From Octopus vulgaris (lineage: Eukaryota), in contig OX597836.1 of the NCBI GenBank assembly GCA_951406725.2, forward strand, positions 2,170,001 through 2,234,000: a stretch of DNA of 64,000 nucleotides, written 5' to 3'. The notes below the pieces were generated by a model that saw nothing but the letters and a program-made list of their open reading frames with translations, had not been told where the DNA came from and ran no database searches. Below are positions 26,742-41,711 of the stretch, in pieces. How positions within the stretch are numbered: position 1 is the first letter of the stretch; every line of letters starts with the position of its first letter. A program made the translations under genes and the position numbers.

Positions 26742-27429
26742 GAGAGAGAGGCACATCCATAATCATACATCCGCATTCACCAACGCACAGACATATATGT
26801 ACACATCCACACACAGAGGGAGAGACGCATAACTATATCTTGCAAGTAAATCAATCATTTAAAATTATTACTGTCTGGCGCTGCAATTATCATATAATAA
26901 CATGAAACGCTATCACACTTCACTTATCTGATACGGGTGTCTGGTAACGGAGCTGATGTCACACATTTCATCTGAGACTTTTTTTTTTGTTGTTTTTTGT
27001 GCAATACTATAAATGTGCTTTTTTTATTTTCCTTTCGTTATTTTTTATATATGATATATTATTTATACTGTTTCACCCAAAACGGCAATAGTAATGATAA
27101 TAATAATGATTATGAAAATAATAATGGCTTCCTTTATTAGCCGCAAGGGCCCAAGGAACTTTTGGACAGCACAAAGCCGAATTATTAAAGCAAAAAAAAA
27201 AATATAATAAAATCACATGAATTATACGAAGAAAATGCAAAGAACCGGAAAGGGATTTTCAGCTGGTGAAATGTTGTGAGGAAAATAAGGTTAAAATCAC
27301 GTAAATATGCAAAGCAGGAAAGCATAACATTATTTATGATTTTATCTTTTACACCTTTCCATCATCAGTTTGCAGCCGAGCAGAATCAAGGCTTTGAAAA
27401 GTTTCAGTCAAATCCCAACACTTAGGTTT

Positions 27430-27950
27430 GAATCGGTCGTAATTTCCCTACCCATGAAACCTACGTAGGTTGTGTAGCCGATCATAATCAGACGGTGGAA
27501 ATCTTAGCAACGTCTGACAGCCTAATAAATTTTCCTATCTAAATAAATGATATGATCCTATAGGCTTATCTTCATATTGTGAAATTCCGGTCACCAAGAA
27601 TGTATCTATAAGGGAGCTCCAAACGTCTAAGCAGGTTTCGAAGACATTTTCATCCTTCTTCTTTCGTGTGAGGTCCATAGAACTTCAACGTTCATGCTAA
27701 ATATATTTCCAATGCTCCACCTGCACCTCTGAAGGGCTATTTCCTCATAAAGCATCCTGTCACCTGAAAAACTTGGTCACCCTGCCCTTGACGAAGCATA
27801 AGTGATATTAATGTCAAGTTTAAAAGCACAAACTTGCATTCAGTTTCCAGGAAGATATTCTCCGTCTTGAGATGCAGGCATTTTCGGACTAGAACCTCCA
27901 CTTCACCTTCAGATACAAGTTCCCTTACAGATGCCATTTAGCGTGAAAGT
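27430..27950 (-). mobile_element. Decayed apurinic-endonuclease domain of a LINE (L1/Tx1-like)
   Basis: Collinear motifs IFLET (cf. LQET), FYGP (cf. VYAP), ILGDRNF (cf. GDFN). A possible 3' end with AATAAAG lies at 27130-27175. Confidence 0.45.
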
Positions 27951-29319
27951 GGTTCTTTGAAATTCTTATCCCTTATCTTGTCATCTGTGATAACTATGCA
28001 AATGGTCTTACTACCGAAGAGCGCTGAGCCTTATATGTTTTCTACTCATTCTGAGTAAATACTTTTCTGCCAGCAAAGTGAAAATTTTACATTGTTATTT
28101 TAAAAGGTGTGAACTGGTCTAGTTGTTGCTGATTCCTTGAACTAGTCTTACGGTCCTTTACCACAAGGAACCCATACGTTTTGAGTAATTTTTTTTCGAA
28201 ATCTTTGTAGCTCTCTTCGGTGGTTTCTCTGATATTTATCTGTCATCGTATACTGTCTCCTGTTATGGAAGACATTTTTGGTTGGTTTTTATTCACTGCT
28301 ATATCAATTATTTTGTTTATGACTATAAAATGCTATCTTTCGCCCAGTATGATGTTGCTGATATTGCAGATGTTGTCATTTCTGTGATTTCCTTTGACGC
28401 CGATGGCTTCGGATTGCAGTCATATGGGTGGGTAGATGTGTGTCAGGTTGGTGGACACCCTGCCACTTCATATAATTTCCCAGTCTTCTGTGTTGGTTAG
28501 TCTTTGATTTCTCGTTTTCTTCTCAGCATGTTCCAGAGGCTGAAGATTAGAAATATATATCATGGAGCGTGTCGTTATGGCTGTTTTTCCGCGTCGCTTC
28601 TTGGTTTTCTTGGTCGTCATTTGGTATTGTACTATCACTGCTATTCGGCCTTGTACTGCTGCTGTTTGAGGTTTCTTTTACAACTGTTGTTATGTCAATA
28701 TTTATGCTTCAATTTTGTCATTGATTTTGCTTCTGTCACCGATATTATGTCACTGCAGCTTTGTTGGTGCTACTACCGGCCTATTGGTAGCAAATATTTT
28801 CTTCCTGACCATTGCCATATATGAAGCAGTTTGTTTAAGGGTGTCACAATTTCACACGTCCTTCATCTGCTAGGATCAGAAGTCTTATCCACATATCTCT
28901 GCAGTTTTCGTTTCGCAACTTGTGTATTTCGAAGATGGAAAAATTTATTTCTCCGTGATTGCCAAGGAAGATGCTACCTGACAATCGATAATGAACCATC
29001 CGTCAGCTTTGAAAAGTTATTATGAGAATCAACTGCACATTTTTTTTTACAAAAAGGCAACTTTTGAGACAATATCAAACACCACTCACCAGCAACGCCA
29101 GGATAAACAACCACAACGTCTTTTTTTTTGTTTCGTGAGCAGACCCAAGGAGAGCAGCGTTTCTGTCAAATGCATTGCACCAAGTATTTACCGGGGACTT
29201 TATTTTATCCTACAGTTGCGACTGTATTTGAAACGAAAACCTAATATGCTAATCAATTTTTCGATGCTCAAAGATTCTGAGATCAAATTGTATCAAATGC
29301 TAAGTTACTTCTTAATATA

Positions 29320-30151
29320 TAACGAAAAGTACCTAGAGTTAGGACGCTTGGCGCAGATTGACCTTGACCTGCGCTGTGTATGCGAAGAAAGTTTCAACGG
29401 CCTAGCTCGCTTCCGCTGTTTACAGCAGTGCTTGGTAAGGTGTGTAGCGTGTGTTCATCGCACTGACCACGACAGAGATAGTTGCCATAGCGCTACCTGC
29501 TCAAAGACCTATGCAAAGTTTCTAGAGGTGTATGGAGAGTAGCATATGAGCCGCACACAAGTGTAGGAGTGTTTCAGACGTTTTCGAGATGGCCGAAACA
29601 TGTTGATATTGACGAACGTTCTGGGAGACCCACAACCAGCAGAACTGAGAAAGTCATCGCAGATGTGCGTGCAACTGTGAGGGGAAATAGTTGAATCCCC
29701 AGCTGTGAGTTACAAGATTAGCAGACTAGTTATGGTTCAGTTCTTATCTGAAGATTCGGCTATGAGACACGATCTGCAAAGCTTGTACCGAAACAGCTTT
29801 CAGCTGACCAAAGAGAGACTTGGGTTTTAATTGCACAAGTTCTCTGTGTCGAAAAAGATGAAAACGTTTTGAAAACTTTGTGTAAGCCTCTGAGCAGGTA
29901 TGTTCAAGCTTTTGGCAGAATTTGATGAGTATTTTCTACTCAACTCTCTCTGTCATGGTCATTGGGACGATCAAACGCTACACATCTTCCTTCCAAAGCA
30001 CTGCCGTAATCAGCGGAAGTGATTTAGGACGTTTAAACTTGGTGCGCATATACGGCTATGTTCACGGTCAATGTGCAAAACGGCTTTGCTCTTTGTTCAT
30101 TAGCGTCGTTACTATGGCAACAGTCCGGAAAATTATTGATCACACAACGTA
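29320..30151 (+). mobile_element. Non-autonomous mariner (Tc1/mariner) derivative with long inverted arms
   Basis: KTYAKFLEVYGE*HMSRTQV*ECFRRFRDGR..DIDERSGRPTTSRTE..AKLVPKQLS is a mariner N-terminal HTH region with a WVP-like linker. The right end TTATTGATCACACAACGTA is mariner TIR-like, and 29352-29478 is inverted at 29946-30076. Confidence 0.88.
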
Positions 30152-30169
30152 AGTATATACACACAAGCG

Positions 30170-30214
<45 letters not shown>

Positions 30215-30215
<1 letters not shown>

Positions 30216-30445
30216 ACTCAAGGAAAACATCTCCAGCTGGCAAACGACACACATTCTGTGTCCGTTAAGTATTTGCGAGGAGAGGTCATCGCTCCCATCC
30301 CTAGCAGTACGTGGTACACACGGACTCGAGTTTCTGGTTGGTTATCCGTTCGCAGCGTGTGTTAATCATCAGCTAGTAATAAAAACTAGCCCCACTCGCA
30401 AAATACTATTAGCTTTTTCCAGCGACGAATCATTACTGATCTTTG
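30215..30445 (+). repeat. Unclassified interspersed repeat, copy 2
   Basis: Homologous to 23110-23345. Confidence 0.7.
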
Positions 30446-30899
30446 GCATGTATTCGTAATATACCAGCTTTCCAATTTCATAATTCTTCCCGAAATCAAT
30501 GGCGAAATTTTTCCGGATAAGCAATGGGTAACAGTAATGGCTAATGAAAATGATTTTGTTTTTAACGTAGGTATTTGTCCTGTCGTTGCATGTGCTGCGC
30601 AAGTTCTGCTTGGAGAAATCAGTTTTCCTTTTTCATTTGTACTTTCCCTGATAATACATGACAACTGGAAAGTTGTCATGTATTATCCTCCACCCACCAT
30701 AATAATATATAAATGCATAAAATTAGAGGTAGGGGTAGTTTCTTTATTTAACTATCGTCTTCCAGCTCTAAAAACAATGCTGACACTTCCAGTATATTCT
30801 CTGCCTCAACTGTTGGCAACGTGCATGAAAAAGTACCTTCAGAATCCTACCAGAGTAGATGCAGCATCCTATCTTATTTGTCTGTCCTAAAGCACTTTC

Positions 30900-31300
30900 G
30901 AGTGAACATTATCTGCCATTCTACCACACTACCAGAATGGCAGACATGGTTTCGAATTAGAACCGTTAATCCCGGGAGCATATCATTGTCAGTTTACCCC
31001 AGAAGTCCCAAGATACATATTCTCTCATAAACGTCAATCTCATCGCCAATGAACCTCGTGTGAGTTTAGTAAAGTAGTGAGCCATATATTGTAACACGGC
31101 CATCTCAGTAGCTGTGGGGTAACAACTTACCCTGTTAATCTCGTGAAGTTCTTTGCCTTGAAATTCAGAGTGCTCTTCCAATATTCTCTTCTTCACATGT
31201 TGGAAATCTAGCGATTCTATATATCTACTAAGGATTTCCAATTGCATCGGGAACAAATGAAATCAAGCAGGAATATGTAACATTCCACCTCTTTCATTTG
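30900..31300 (-). mobile_element. Possible decayed Tc1/mariner catalytic-domain fragment
   Basis: PTATEMAVL..F and WDFWGKL resemble HTA..M..L and DF.LWG.LK; weak. Confidence 0.25.
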
Positions 31301-33234
31301 ATTTCAAATGCTGGAGAAGATAAAAATTAGGATGGATCACAGCTGCTTCATTTTGTAGTATAATATTAATTTTTGCTTCCGTTAAAATAATTCAGTTATT
31401 TTTCTGTGTGTTCGTGTTGCAAAGAAAGAATATCATTCTTAGTTGTCTTGTGAAAAATGTAGTTTTAAAGTACAACTGACTCGTATTTTTTTATGTGTCA
31501 GCGGCGATTTATAGTTTTTATTATATTCAGATAATTAATTGTTATTTCAGGGACAGCAATTAATTATTCAATTTCAAAAAGTTGACATTCCATTTGGTAT
31601 TTATTTTCCAAAGAATTCCATCATACTATGCCAACAAATGTACAAATACTTCATGTTTCTTTCATCTTTACTTTCGCATACAAGTGGGAGTCTGTACTTC
31701 GTTGATGAGACTAGATCAATAAAATGGCAAACTATTATCCACGGCCATCTTCAATTCCTGCTAAGAAAAGAAAAACAAAATGAGTCAGTAATAGATTTAC
31801 ATTTACACACTTTTTACTGTTTTACGTTCCAATGGATTGTGTATTACACGAAATAGCAGTAACTTACGAAGGCGTATACGTTCACCTGACCCAAAGTTTA
31901 CAATAAAACTACTACACAAAATTTACGTTTATGTATTCGTTTGCCAGATTCCTGTTGGGAAATTGTGTTTTGAAACAAATATTGTTATATTTGCGCATGG
32001 TCAGGTTTTTGTTGCCAAATAAACACACGCACTCTATATATACTCTTCGCTTCAGGTTTATTATTTTTCTTATTTTATGTCTATCACACGTGTCACCCCC
32101 AATTCTGTTTAGTCCATTTTCTGAATGCACTAAACAGCACTGGTGGAGACACGTTAGATGGAGAGTCGCTGAAGAGGTCACAGAGGTGTGACGAAAGATT
32201 TTCTGAAAATGGACATAAAATAAAAACAGTAATAAGCAAGTGAAGAACAAATATACAGTGCTTTGTTTATTTGGTAAGAAAAATAACATCCCGAAAGATA
32301 AGATGCTGCACAAAACGCTTTGTCCCATATTTTAACGAGACATTCAGCTGATTTATTTGTAGTTCAGCTTTGGATGAACCTTATCCCCAAAACTGGTTAG
32401 AATGGCTCATCATTTAATATAAACGGCATTGAAGAACTACAGGACAAATTAATACACCTAGAATTCTTTGGACCTTGTGGTTAAAAATGAGGAAAAAACA
32501 CCAAAAATACACAGCTAGTGAACACACAAACAACGATTAGTAATGTTAAACCCGAAGGGAGACAATGGCTTTAGGAAGTGCATAGGACCCTCGCAGACTA
32601 GAAGAACTACATGTTGCATTTCCAACGATGAGGCATTAATCCGAATTTGAATTCATAAGAGCAAAATAAATGAATAAACACTGTAAAACACGAAGGAAGA
32701 AAGTGGACTTGGGAAGCACAGAGGCGTCTAGTCATCAATCAATTAATTGAAAGAAATACAATACCTGTTGCTTTTCATACGATGAGGTATGAATCCGAGT
32801 TTCAAAGGGAGTGCGTAATCCCTTTTTTCTTATACTAACATAGACACACTCACATACACCTACATTAGATATGCAAGCGCAAAGAAGAAAAACATATCGA
32901 AATGATATCTAGTGAGACGGAAAAAAGTTTTCACAAACACTTACTCAGAATATCACGTGACTGTTCATCAGAACTGATGTAATATAGAGTGGTAAATATG
33001 TTTTTTATTTGTATGGTTGCAACTGTCTGACGATCAGATGTGCGAAACTCTGACTAACAGTTAGGAAAGTATTTTTTCGGCTTCAATCAAGCAGTACCTT
33101 ACTCAGATTTGGCATTCCAGTACTACTGCTTCCACAATATCACACACGCATGTACATATATATATGTGTGTGTGTGTGTATGTAAGCCAATAAATACGTA
33201 TATACATATACATATGTTAGAATATGTATGTATA

Positions 33235-33259
33235 TATATTCATATATGTTTCGTTATAT

Positions 33260-33290
<31 letters not shown>

Positions 33291-33458
33291 CATATGTTTC
33301 GTTATATGTATGTGTATATATATATATATATATATGTATGTATATATATATACATATGTTTCGTTATATGTATGTGTGTATATATATATATATGTATGTA
33401 TATATATATATATGTATGTATATATATATATATACATATGTTTCGTTATATGTATGTG

Positions 33459-33493
<35 letters not shown>

Positions 33494-33510
33494 TTCGTTA
33501 CATGTATGTA
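33235..33510. repeat. Microsatellite-derived minisatellite (CATATGTTTCGTTATATGTATGTG plus variable TA), ~5 units
   Basis: The GTTTCGTTA anchor recurs five times with variable (TA)n spacers. Confidence 0.85.
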
Positions 33511-33975
33511 TGTATATTTACACATGTCCATACACATGCATATCTATATGCACAGAGAGAGAGAGATTTGCTTGTCTACATGTGTAGATACTTTTGCGTG
33601 TTTTTGCCGCAGTACTTCCTAAAACGCTTTCTTTCAAGTCTACCAATATATCTGTGTATTGCAAAAATGTCGATAGAGTGCTGTTAATTGCCAACAATTA
33701 CATGCTGAAATTGCGGCAAACTAGAATAGTCTTTGATGTTCGAGAAATAATAGTTCTTGTTGTCCACATTCACTCAATAATGTTCCATCTAAGATTAATG
33801 ATTGTCTGCAACACACTTTTGTCATACTGCATTCAATTTATTTATTTATTTATTTACTTATTTAATTATTTATTTTTCCATTTATTTAATGTTACTGCGT
33901 TCTGTTCCTATCTCTATGCATACACCTACACGCGTATCACAGAAACAAGCAGAAATGTAATCACTTATATATGCA

Positions 33976-34019
<44 letters not shown>

Positions 34020-34231
34020 CATATTTATATATCTGTATATAACATATATATCCATATATACGCGTAGGTGTATCAGGAAATATAGATACATATCTATACA
34101 CGCACAGGTATATATATATATATATATATGCATATGCATACGTACATTTTGGAAAATGTACACTCGTACAAGCATACATTGTACCGGTGTTGTAGCGTGT
34201 GCGATTAGAGGTTACGAGATATGGAAATATG

Positions 34232-34263
<32 letters not shown>

Positions 34264-34388
34264 GCGTGTGTGTGTATTTTTATATATATATATATACACG
34301 CGTGTGTGTGTATTTTTATATATATATACATATATATGTATATATATATATATATATGTGTCTGTGTGCATGTATATCTATCTATCTA

Positions 34389-34434
<46 letters not shown>

Positions 34435-37343
34435 CATGTATGTGTGTGTGTAACCATTTATATACTAACACACGTATTGACACACATACATAAACGTAGA
34501 AGGATGTGATGTATATTGTTTAATAACTGAGGAAGAAATATCTTAAAGTAAATATTAGTCTTACATTGCAGCAAGCATTAAATGTGCAAGTTGCAATGAA
34601 GAGGAATGAATGATATATTAACGTGTGTAGGATGAGATTGTAACCCCGCGAATGGAAATAGATGGGAAGGAGATACATAACGGATAAATGGAGAAAGTGG
34701 TAGTGATAAACAAACTGCTAAAGTGTGCGAGAATGTGGAAAAATGGTGTGGAACGTGGATTGCTGAAATGGGATTAGACGGAGCAAAACAATCCGTGTGC
34801 TTTGCATGTAATGATGGGTCACCAATGGAAATGCTGGAAGAGAGATGCAAGCAATCCATGTCATAATCTTACAATATGTGGTTTCGGAGTTGAGCATTTC
34901 CCCGCGTTACGTTTGTCTTCGCTAAAATCATTGGATAGAGCTGAACGGACTTGATGAGTTGGAAAAAAAAAAGACTAAATCGGTTGTCCGAAAAATAGTT
35001 CGATGTTATGGAGAAGAAAATATATGTACGAATATACGTAGCGTATGCAGTATCCACGGTGATAACTGTACTCAGCTTCAGGAAAGGTTTGTTAGATGTT
35101 TCAAGTATTCTGGTGTCAAGTGAGAAAAGACTAGCGAATTTTATTTATGAATTCGTGAAGAAATGCCTAATAATATTTTTGAATGTGTTTCATGTGGAAA
35201 TCTCTGTGATTTATAAAGAACCGTGTGAATTGCCTTAAATTTTACCGCAGAACAACCTAAATAATCCGGATACTATGTTGATGAGGTATATCATTAGAAT
35301 GTTCCAAACGTTTTTAGTTTGGATCCATTGATAAATGTGTTACTGTTTACGAGTGACTGGTGAGATGACAGAAAGTTTCGATCATCGAAAACATTTGCCT
35401 CGCCGTATTTGTTATGGCCATCTTTTTTCTGCCAGGTTAGCTTTTCCCCCCATTGGGAACCGATAAATTGAGGCAGAGCTGGCTGGTTTCTACAATCACA
35501 TTCTCCTCAAAACTGCTTTCCTACTTTCTATTCAGTAGAGGTATTCATACATGATGTAAGTTGCATTTATACAATACATTAACTGCACAAAAGAGCTGCT
35601 TCTATTTTGAATTCAAAAATGACGTTGCAATTAATCGGATGTGTTTTTTTATTCGAAGGTGTATTTTATTTGAGGGCGAATTTCGTTGTGTGAAAGCACA
35701 TGGTGAATATCATTTTTCATGAAATTCAATATTTATTAGGTCGATATTTGAGTTCCTTTTCAGTCTTCTGTTTGTATATGTCTTCGATCTCTTCAGGAGC
35801 CTATGTTTTGTCATATAATCGATTATACAAACTCTTGAGTTTCAGTTATGGCTGCCTAAATTCGAGAAATTTTTTAGGGTGTTTTCGACATCCCTGCTTT
35901 ACAAACCAGTATGCAGTTTCCAATCAATCAATCAATCAATCAAATTTCCATATTTTTTTACCGAGAATGGTTTTGAGGCTTTTCATCCAATTACAAGAAG
36001 GACTTCATTTTCTATTGCGTGATCTCATGAAGTGGCTGTAACATATCTGCTAGTGGAATCCGGTATAAACTGTTTGGTGGTGATACTTCGAATGACAGTA
36101 TGCAATTATAGCCGACAAATTTTAGGGAAATCTATATGTAGCAGCAAATCCAAGCATTTTGTCCCAGATTAACATAACGAGAACATTTAAATGCAGGTGG
36201 ATGATGTTTTACTCTTTATGTCTTCTTTCCAACTAACGCATTGCAAAGATCAACACTTCCTTCTAACAACAGAATCAGGTCTACTGCATTTAGCAATGGA
36301 AACTCTGAAACAACTCTGAGGGGCAATATGTTATAAGGACCCACAAGCTGCCAACATCATTGATATAACCAACAAGAAAATATTGGATTTGGGCACAGGA
36401 GATACCTATATGTGGTCGCTCAACATTCGAAAAATAACTGCATAGTCTCCCAGCATATTGCCGTCTCTGTCCCCTACATGACAGAGGGATATTTGGAACA
36501 TGAGAAAAAAAGGTAGCGTTAGTGTACTTAGAGTTGCTCCGTATAGGAATGTCACAGAACGTGGCCTACACACTTGTGTTTGAACAAGGATATGCAGCAA
36601 CAGAAGCCATTGCAACCGGTTAAATATCGAGAAGAAGAGTGACACGATAACGAGGACGCCATGATTAATACCAACAGCCACGAAGACGAAGTGCAATTAC
36701 TTCCATGAGGTAAATTTAGTGCATTATCAATAACCACCACAATATCAACAACAACATAAACAGCAATAATATTAACAAAAAGAAAACAAGTGCAACGCCA
36801 ACACAATCAAAAGAACATCAAAAGCAAAAAAAAAAACAAACAAATTTTCACAATTACAACAACGAAAATAACTATTTAAACCACAGAACGGAATGAGAAA
36901 ATAGAATCACTTACACAATACAATGCAACAGAGATTTACAATCGTCAACGCGCACACAACGCATACACACCAATAGATGCCTACAAAGTGCATATACATA
37001 CTCTCACAATGATACTCACAAACATATAGAGACACATACACACATAATGATCTATACACAAGAAAAAACTAGACGCACTGGTACCCACACCACACAACTA
37101 CCTACGCGCTTTTCACACAGAAATATATTATTTATGTTTGGAATACCATCAGCATCACATACGTTTCAACATCCTGAAAAAGATTTCCCTCGTGATTTCA
37201 GGTCTTTCTCTCTTTCCTTTCTCATCTCTGATTGTTATATCTCATTTACTTTATATTTTTTTATATTTTCAAAAAGGATAAATTAAGCTCCATTTTGTTC
37301 CGTTACTTTTCATTTCTTTTTTGTGCATATGTGTGTGTGTATG

Positions 37344-37409
<66 letters not shown>

Positions 37410-37429
37410 TGTGTGTAGGTGTATATGTA

Positions 37430-37464
<35 letters not shown>

Positions 37465-38949
37465 TCTAATAATACTTTCACTATATAATATTTTCAATCT
37501 ATTTTTTATATTCTCGTTTCATCTCTATTCATTACAATCACTTAATTTTACGAATTTATCTTCGATTTCGTTCAATAAAATATTTTGTTTTCGAGACGTG
37601 GACATTTATGTTCGTGTATTTTATGCCAATATTTTTTTCCCCTTTGATACGTGTGAAACTTATATGAAATATTCTAAACAATACCCAAAGGCCTCGAAAC
37701 ATATTTTTTGTCAAACGCTTTGACCAAAATAAATACATGTATGATTGTACATAATTAACATCAAAGTAAGAGGACGTTTACATATTTACACTCAAACACA
37801 CACGCGTATATATTTGATTGTATGTATATAAGTGTGTGTGTGTGTGTGTGTGTATGCGTGTACCAGACACTATACAAACAGATATATGCTTATGTGTAGT
37901 AATATATAGGCATTGATTCTGTAACACATGTATATACATTTAGGCGTTTATATCTAAATATGTACTTATCTGCGTTTGTGGGAATTGTGCGCGGGAGTAT
38001 GTATGTATGCAACTATATCTCTGTGTGTGTATATGTATACACTCACCCATATGTATCGATATGCATATATAATCTAAACAGCCACAAAATAGCAAACGTA
38101 TTCAAACATAAATTACGCCCTTCTCTCCCGACAATGTACTTATTTTTTATAGCAAAATAATTTTTATAGCTAAAACTTATTAATGCCCCGGACGATGAAA
38201 ATCATAGACTATGGGTTGTAGCGGTCCCCTAAATACAAATTTCTGCACTGGTATAGAAGCGATTAGAATAAGAATATTTATATATTTTCTAGAGGTTCTA
38301 ATGAGATCTTTGGTTTAGGAAGCGCGCTTAAAGTATATTTTAAGTTGTATTGCAATATGAGGCTTCGAAAGGCAGGTGCTCCCGTGAACCCAAATAAACT
38401 TTATGATTTGCGGAGGGTCAAAGTTGGTAACAAAACAGGACAGTGGAAACGTACAACAAAATAATCGAAAAACAAACATGGAGTGCAAGGCCACAGGGGG
38501 TAATGTATCGAACGCTGGAGGAATATTGTCTTCGACACGAGAAAAGAGAGAAATGGAGACAGATAACAATGCGTCTGATCTGTAAGACAGACTGAAAGAA
38601 AAGAAAGATGATCATGTAAGGAAAAGAATGATGGACAATGATCATGTGTGAGCAGCCAGACAGGAAAGGAGGAAGAGAGAAAAACACACACAGAGATAGG
38701 AAACGGTGAAGTGGAGAAAAGAGAATTAGAAAAGATAAGAGATAAAAATCGTGAGAGGAGAAGCGGAGAAAAAAGAGAAAGGATGAGACAGAAAAAACGA
38801 AATGAGAAGAAGGGGAGGAAAAAAATTAGAGGAAGGAAAAGAGAGAAAGTGAAAGGGGGGGGAGACCAGCACAGGGTAGAGTCACATCAAAATTAAGACA
38901 AACTTACTTGGAAATGGATGCTTGGCTTTCTATCATATCTATAAAATCT

Positions 38950-39180
38950 TTTATTTTTTCACTTGTTTCCGGCATTTCACTGCGACTTTGCTGGAGCACC
39001 GCCATTAGGCCAACAAATCCACCCCAGAACTTATTCCTTTTAATCTTAGTACTTATCCTATCGGTGTCCTTTGCCGGATAGCTAGGTTACGGGACGTAAA
39101 CACTCCAACATCGGTTGTCAGGTGATGTGGGGTCAAATGCACACACTCTCTCTCTCTCTCACAGACACATACACAAATAT
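38950..39180 (-). mobile_element. SINE family A, 3' half
   Basis: CTGGAGCACCGCC, AGTACTTATCCTATCGG and CATCGGTTGTCA in reverse orientation. Confidence 0.82.
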
Positions 39181-39221
39181 ATATTTAATGAGTGTGTGTG
39201 TATATATATATATATAAGGGC

Positions 39222-39840
39222 GGGCCTCTGATGGATTTGCCGTTCTGAATTTCCTTGTCGAATTCAGCGAAGGCACACGACCAGACCATAAGCGAAGCGG
39301 GCCATTGTAGGACAACTTAAAAACTTGTTGGACTGTCAGAGATTTCAGAAAAGAAATGGGAAGACATATCACATGATAGGAACACATGGAAGCATAGGGT
39401 CTATGTGTTAGCACTTTCTCGCGAAATGCAAACCCCTGATCATTTATAAAGAGATCAATGCGTAAAGTGAATTCCGTTGGCCCTATTGTTCCTCACCTGT
39501 GAACCCTTTGGCTACATATACATGTCTCGCGCAGGCCTAATGAGTCACCGGAAAATCCATGTTAAAAGACCTGTTACAAGCGACCACGATTCCCTGCGAG
39601 TGTTAACCTCACAATCACCGTCTGCTAGAGAAGGTGTGTAAAAGTATAAAACGCTCAGGTTTATTTAGTCCCATGAGAGAGCCCAGCGAACGACTCGTAG
39701 TAACGTCAAGCGTTCAACGAATTGTATAAGTCTATGGCGATATGCAAGAGTCGTTGTCGTTCTCACAACATATAATGCTGTGGTACACTTTATTTAGTCA
39801 GCCACGATCATACTCGTCTAACGATTTGGCTGCAACCATA
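39222..39840 (+). mobile_element. Decayed RTE (BovB-like) LINE 3' end with C2H2-like motifs
   Basis: VEFSEGTRPDHK..DNLK..EISEKKWEDISHDRNTWK then LTCEPFGYIYMSRAGLMSHRKIH and a second KVCKS..GLFS.MR; ends in a TA/TG microsatellite. Confidence 0.75.
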
Positions 39841-41279
39841 TATGTATACATGTATGTATGTATATAATTATATATACCTAAGCAAAACCATGTGTGTATG
39901 TGAGCGAGAAAGAGGGAAAGAGAGAATTTTCGGCAAATTACCTATGAACAAATTACACTTAAACTGAAATAGCAAACTCGATACAGTGTAATTAATATGG
40001 CGTTAGAGCTGTTGTTCCTATTTCACAAATGTTATATTCGAGTTATATTGGACACATCAAGAGAATTTAGAAACTGTAGAATCATTAGAGTTTCAATTAA
40101 ATATATATTACTTGTTCCCTATCGTAGTATTGCAAACAATTATTATTATGAATATTATTATTTATAATATTATGAATGTTATTATTTATATTATGAATGT
40201 TATTATGATCATTGTTATTCTAAAAACAATATAAACAATAACCAATCACTTTGGAAGTATGGAATGAAATTAAAAAGAAGAATACTACAAACGTGGTCCT
40301 GAATTAATTGTTCATTATCATTAAGCGAATGTAATGCACATATTATAATAATGTTAATATATTATCCCATGATGGTATTTTATGGCGTATCTCGCTGATA
40401 TGCATAAGTACTGAGGAGAACATCGGGAATGGAGAATAAAAAAAAGATAACAAAGAAGAAAACAAAGATAACAAAGCGTGCTTCATAAATCTATGAAATA
40501 AATATAATAAATAAGAAAACACGAGAGTTCTGAAATAAGATAAATAAATAAAATAAGACAAATAGAAACAAGTTTGAACAAACCAAATAAAAACACTGCG
40601 AAAAGGAAACGAATATGCGCAAGGAATCTCAAAATGAAAGCATGAAAATGAAGCTAAAATTTTAAAATATATAACAATATAAAACGAAACTATTGTTGAA
40701 TAATAACAAATACGGCAAAAGCAAATGTCTAATAATGAAAATAAATATTAAAATATAATAACTAAATAAACAAGATGAAATTCTATATGTAACAGGGAAA
40801 ACGGAATTAAATCGACATTAATGTAGAAAAATAAAGAATACAACAAATCCTCTCCAAATAAAGAGCAATATTAGAAAAAAAAACCCATTTAAATTTGCAA
40901 AAACAAACAGTGAAAATGGTAGACTTGGATAACAATGGCGGTTATACCGCAACCATAATTGCCTATTTAGACAACGTATAATTCCAGTTTTTGTTTTGTT
41001 TTATTTAATCCTTCTTCAGGCTTAAGCTGCGGTATACCTACATACGGCCACATAAATATCCTCCCATACACTGATGTATATATTAAACATACATACAATT
41101 ATACGTAGGTATGTGTATATGTATGCGTTCATGAACAGACGTAAATATTTATAAATATTTACTTGTGTTCCTTTTCCCGTGTTTATTTCTAAATATTCAG
41201 CGTATCTACCTGCCACTCTCTATGTAATTACGTGTACATCTGCTTCTAGATTAGTATTCACACTACATATAGCACTATT

Positions 41280-41325
<46 letters not shown>

Positions 41326-41668
41326 CATACATGTGTGTGTCTGTATGTTTTAAACAACTGGCCTCATTCTGGTGAAACAAGCAATTGTTAGTCGGCTTAT
41401 TTTTATATATATATTTAGTTATATTATGAATATTCCAATACATACATACACACTCACATATATTTATATTAATAATAATAATAATAATGATAAAGAGTAT
41501 GAAGATTGTATACCCATAAAATATATTTTATTGTTATACACACCATATTATAATGACCCACACGTGTTTCCGCTGCGGTGACTGCTCACTTATACAAATG
41601 CAGCCTTGCAATGCTGTCAGTGCAGTGTGCCTGTCTGTCTCTGTGAGGGCGTGCGCGCGTAAGTACGC

Positions 41669-41711
<43 letters not shown>

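Noticed and set aside
28991-29542. 183-aa ORF
   Set aside because: Only the last ~15 codons are mariner transposase; the rest is read-through of flank and sub-terminal DNA.
33235-33510. CRISPR-like regularly spaced repeats (also 55200-55420)
   Set aside because: Spacers are just variable (TA)n, the context is eukaryotic and there are no cas genes.
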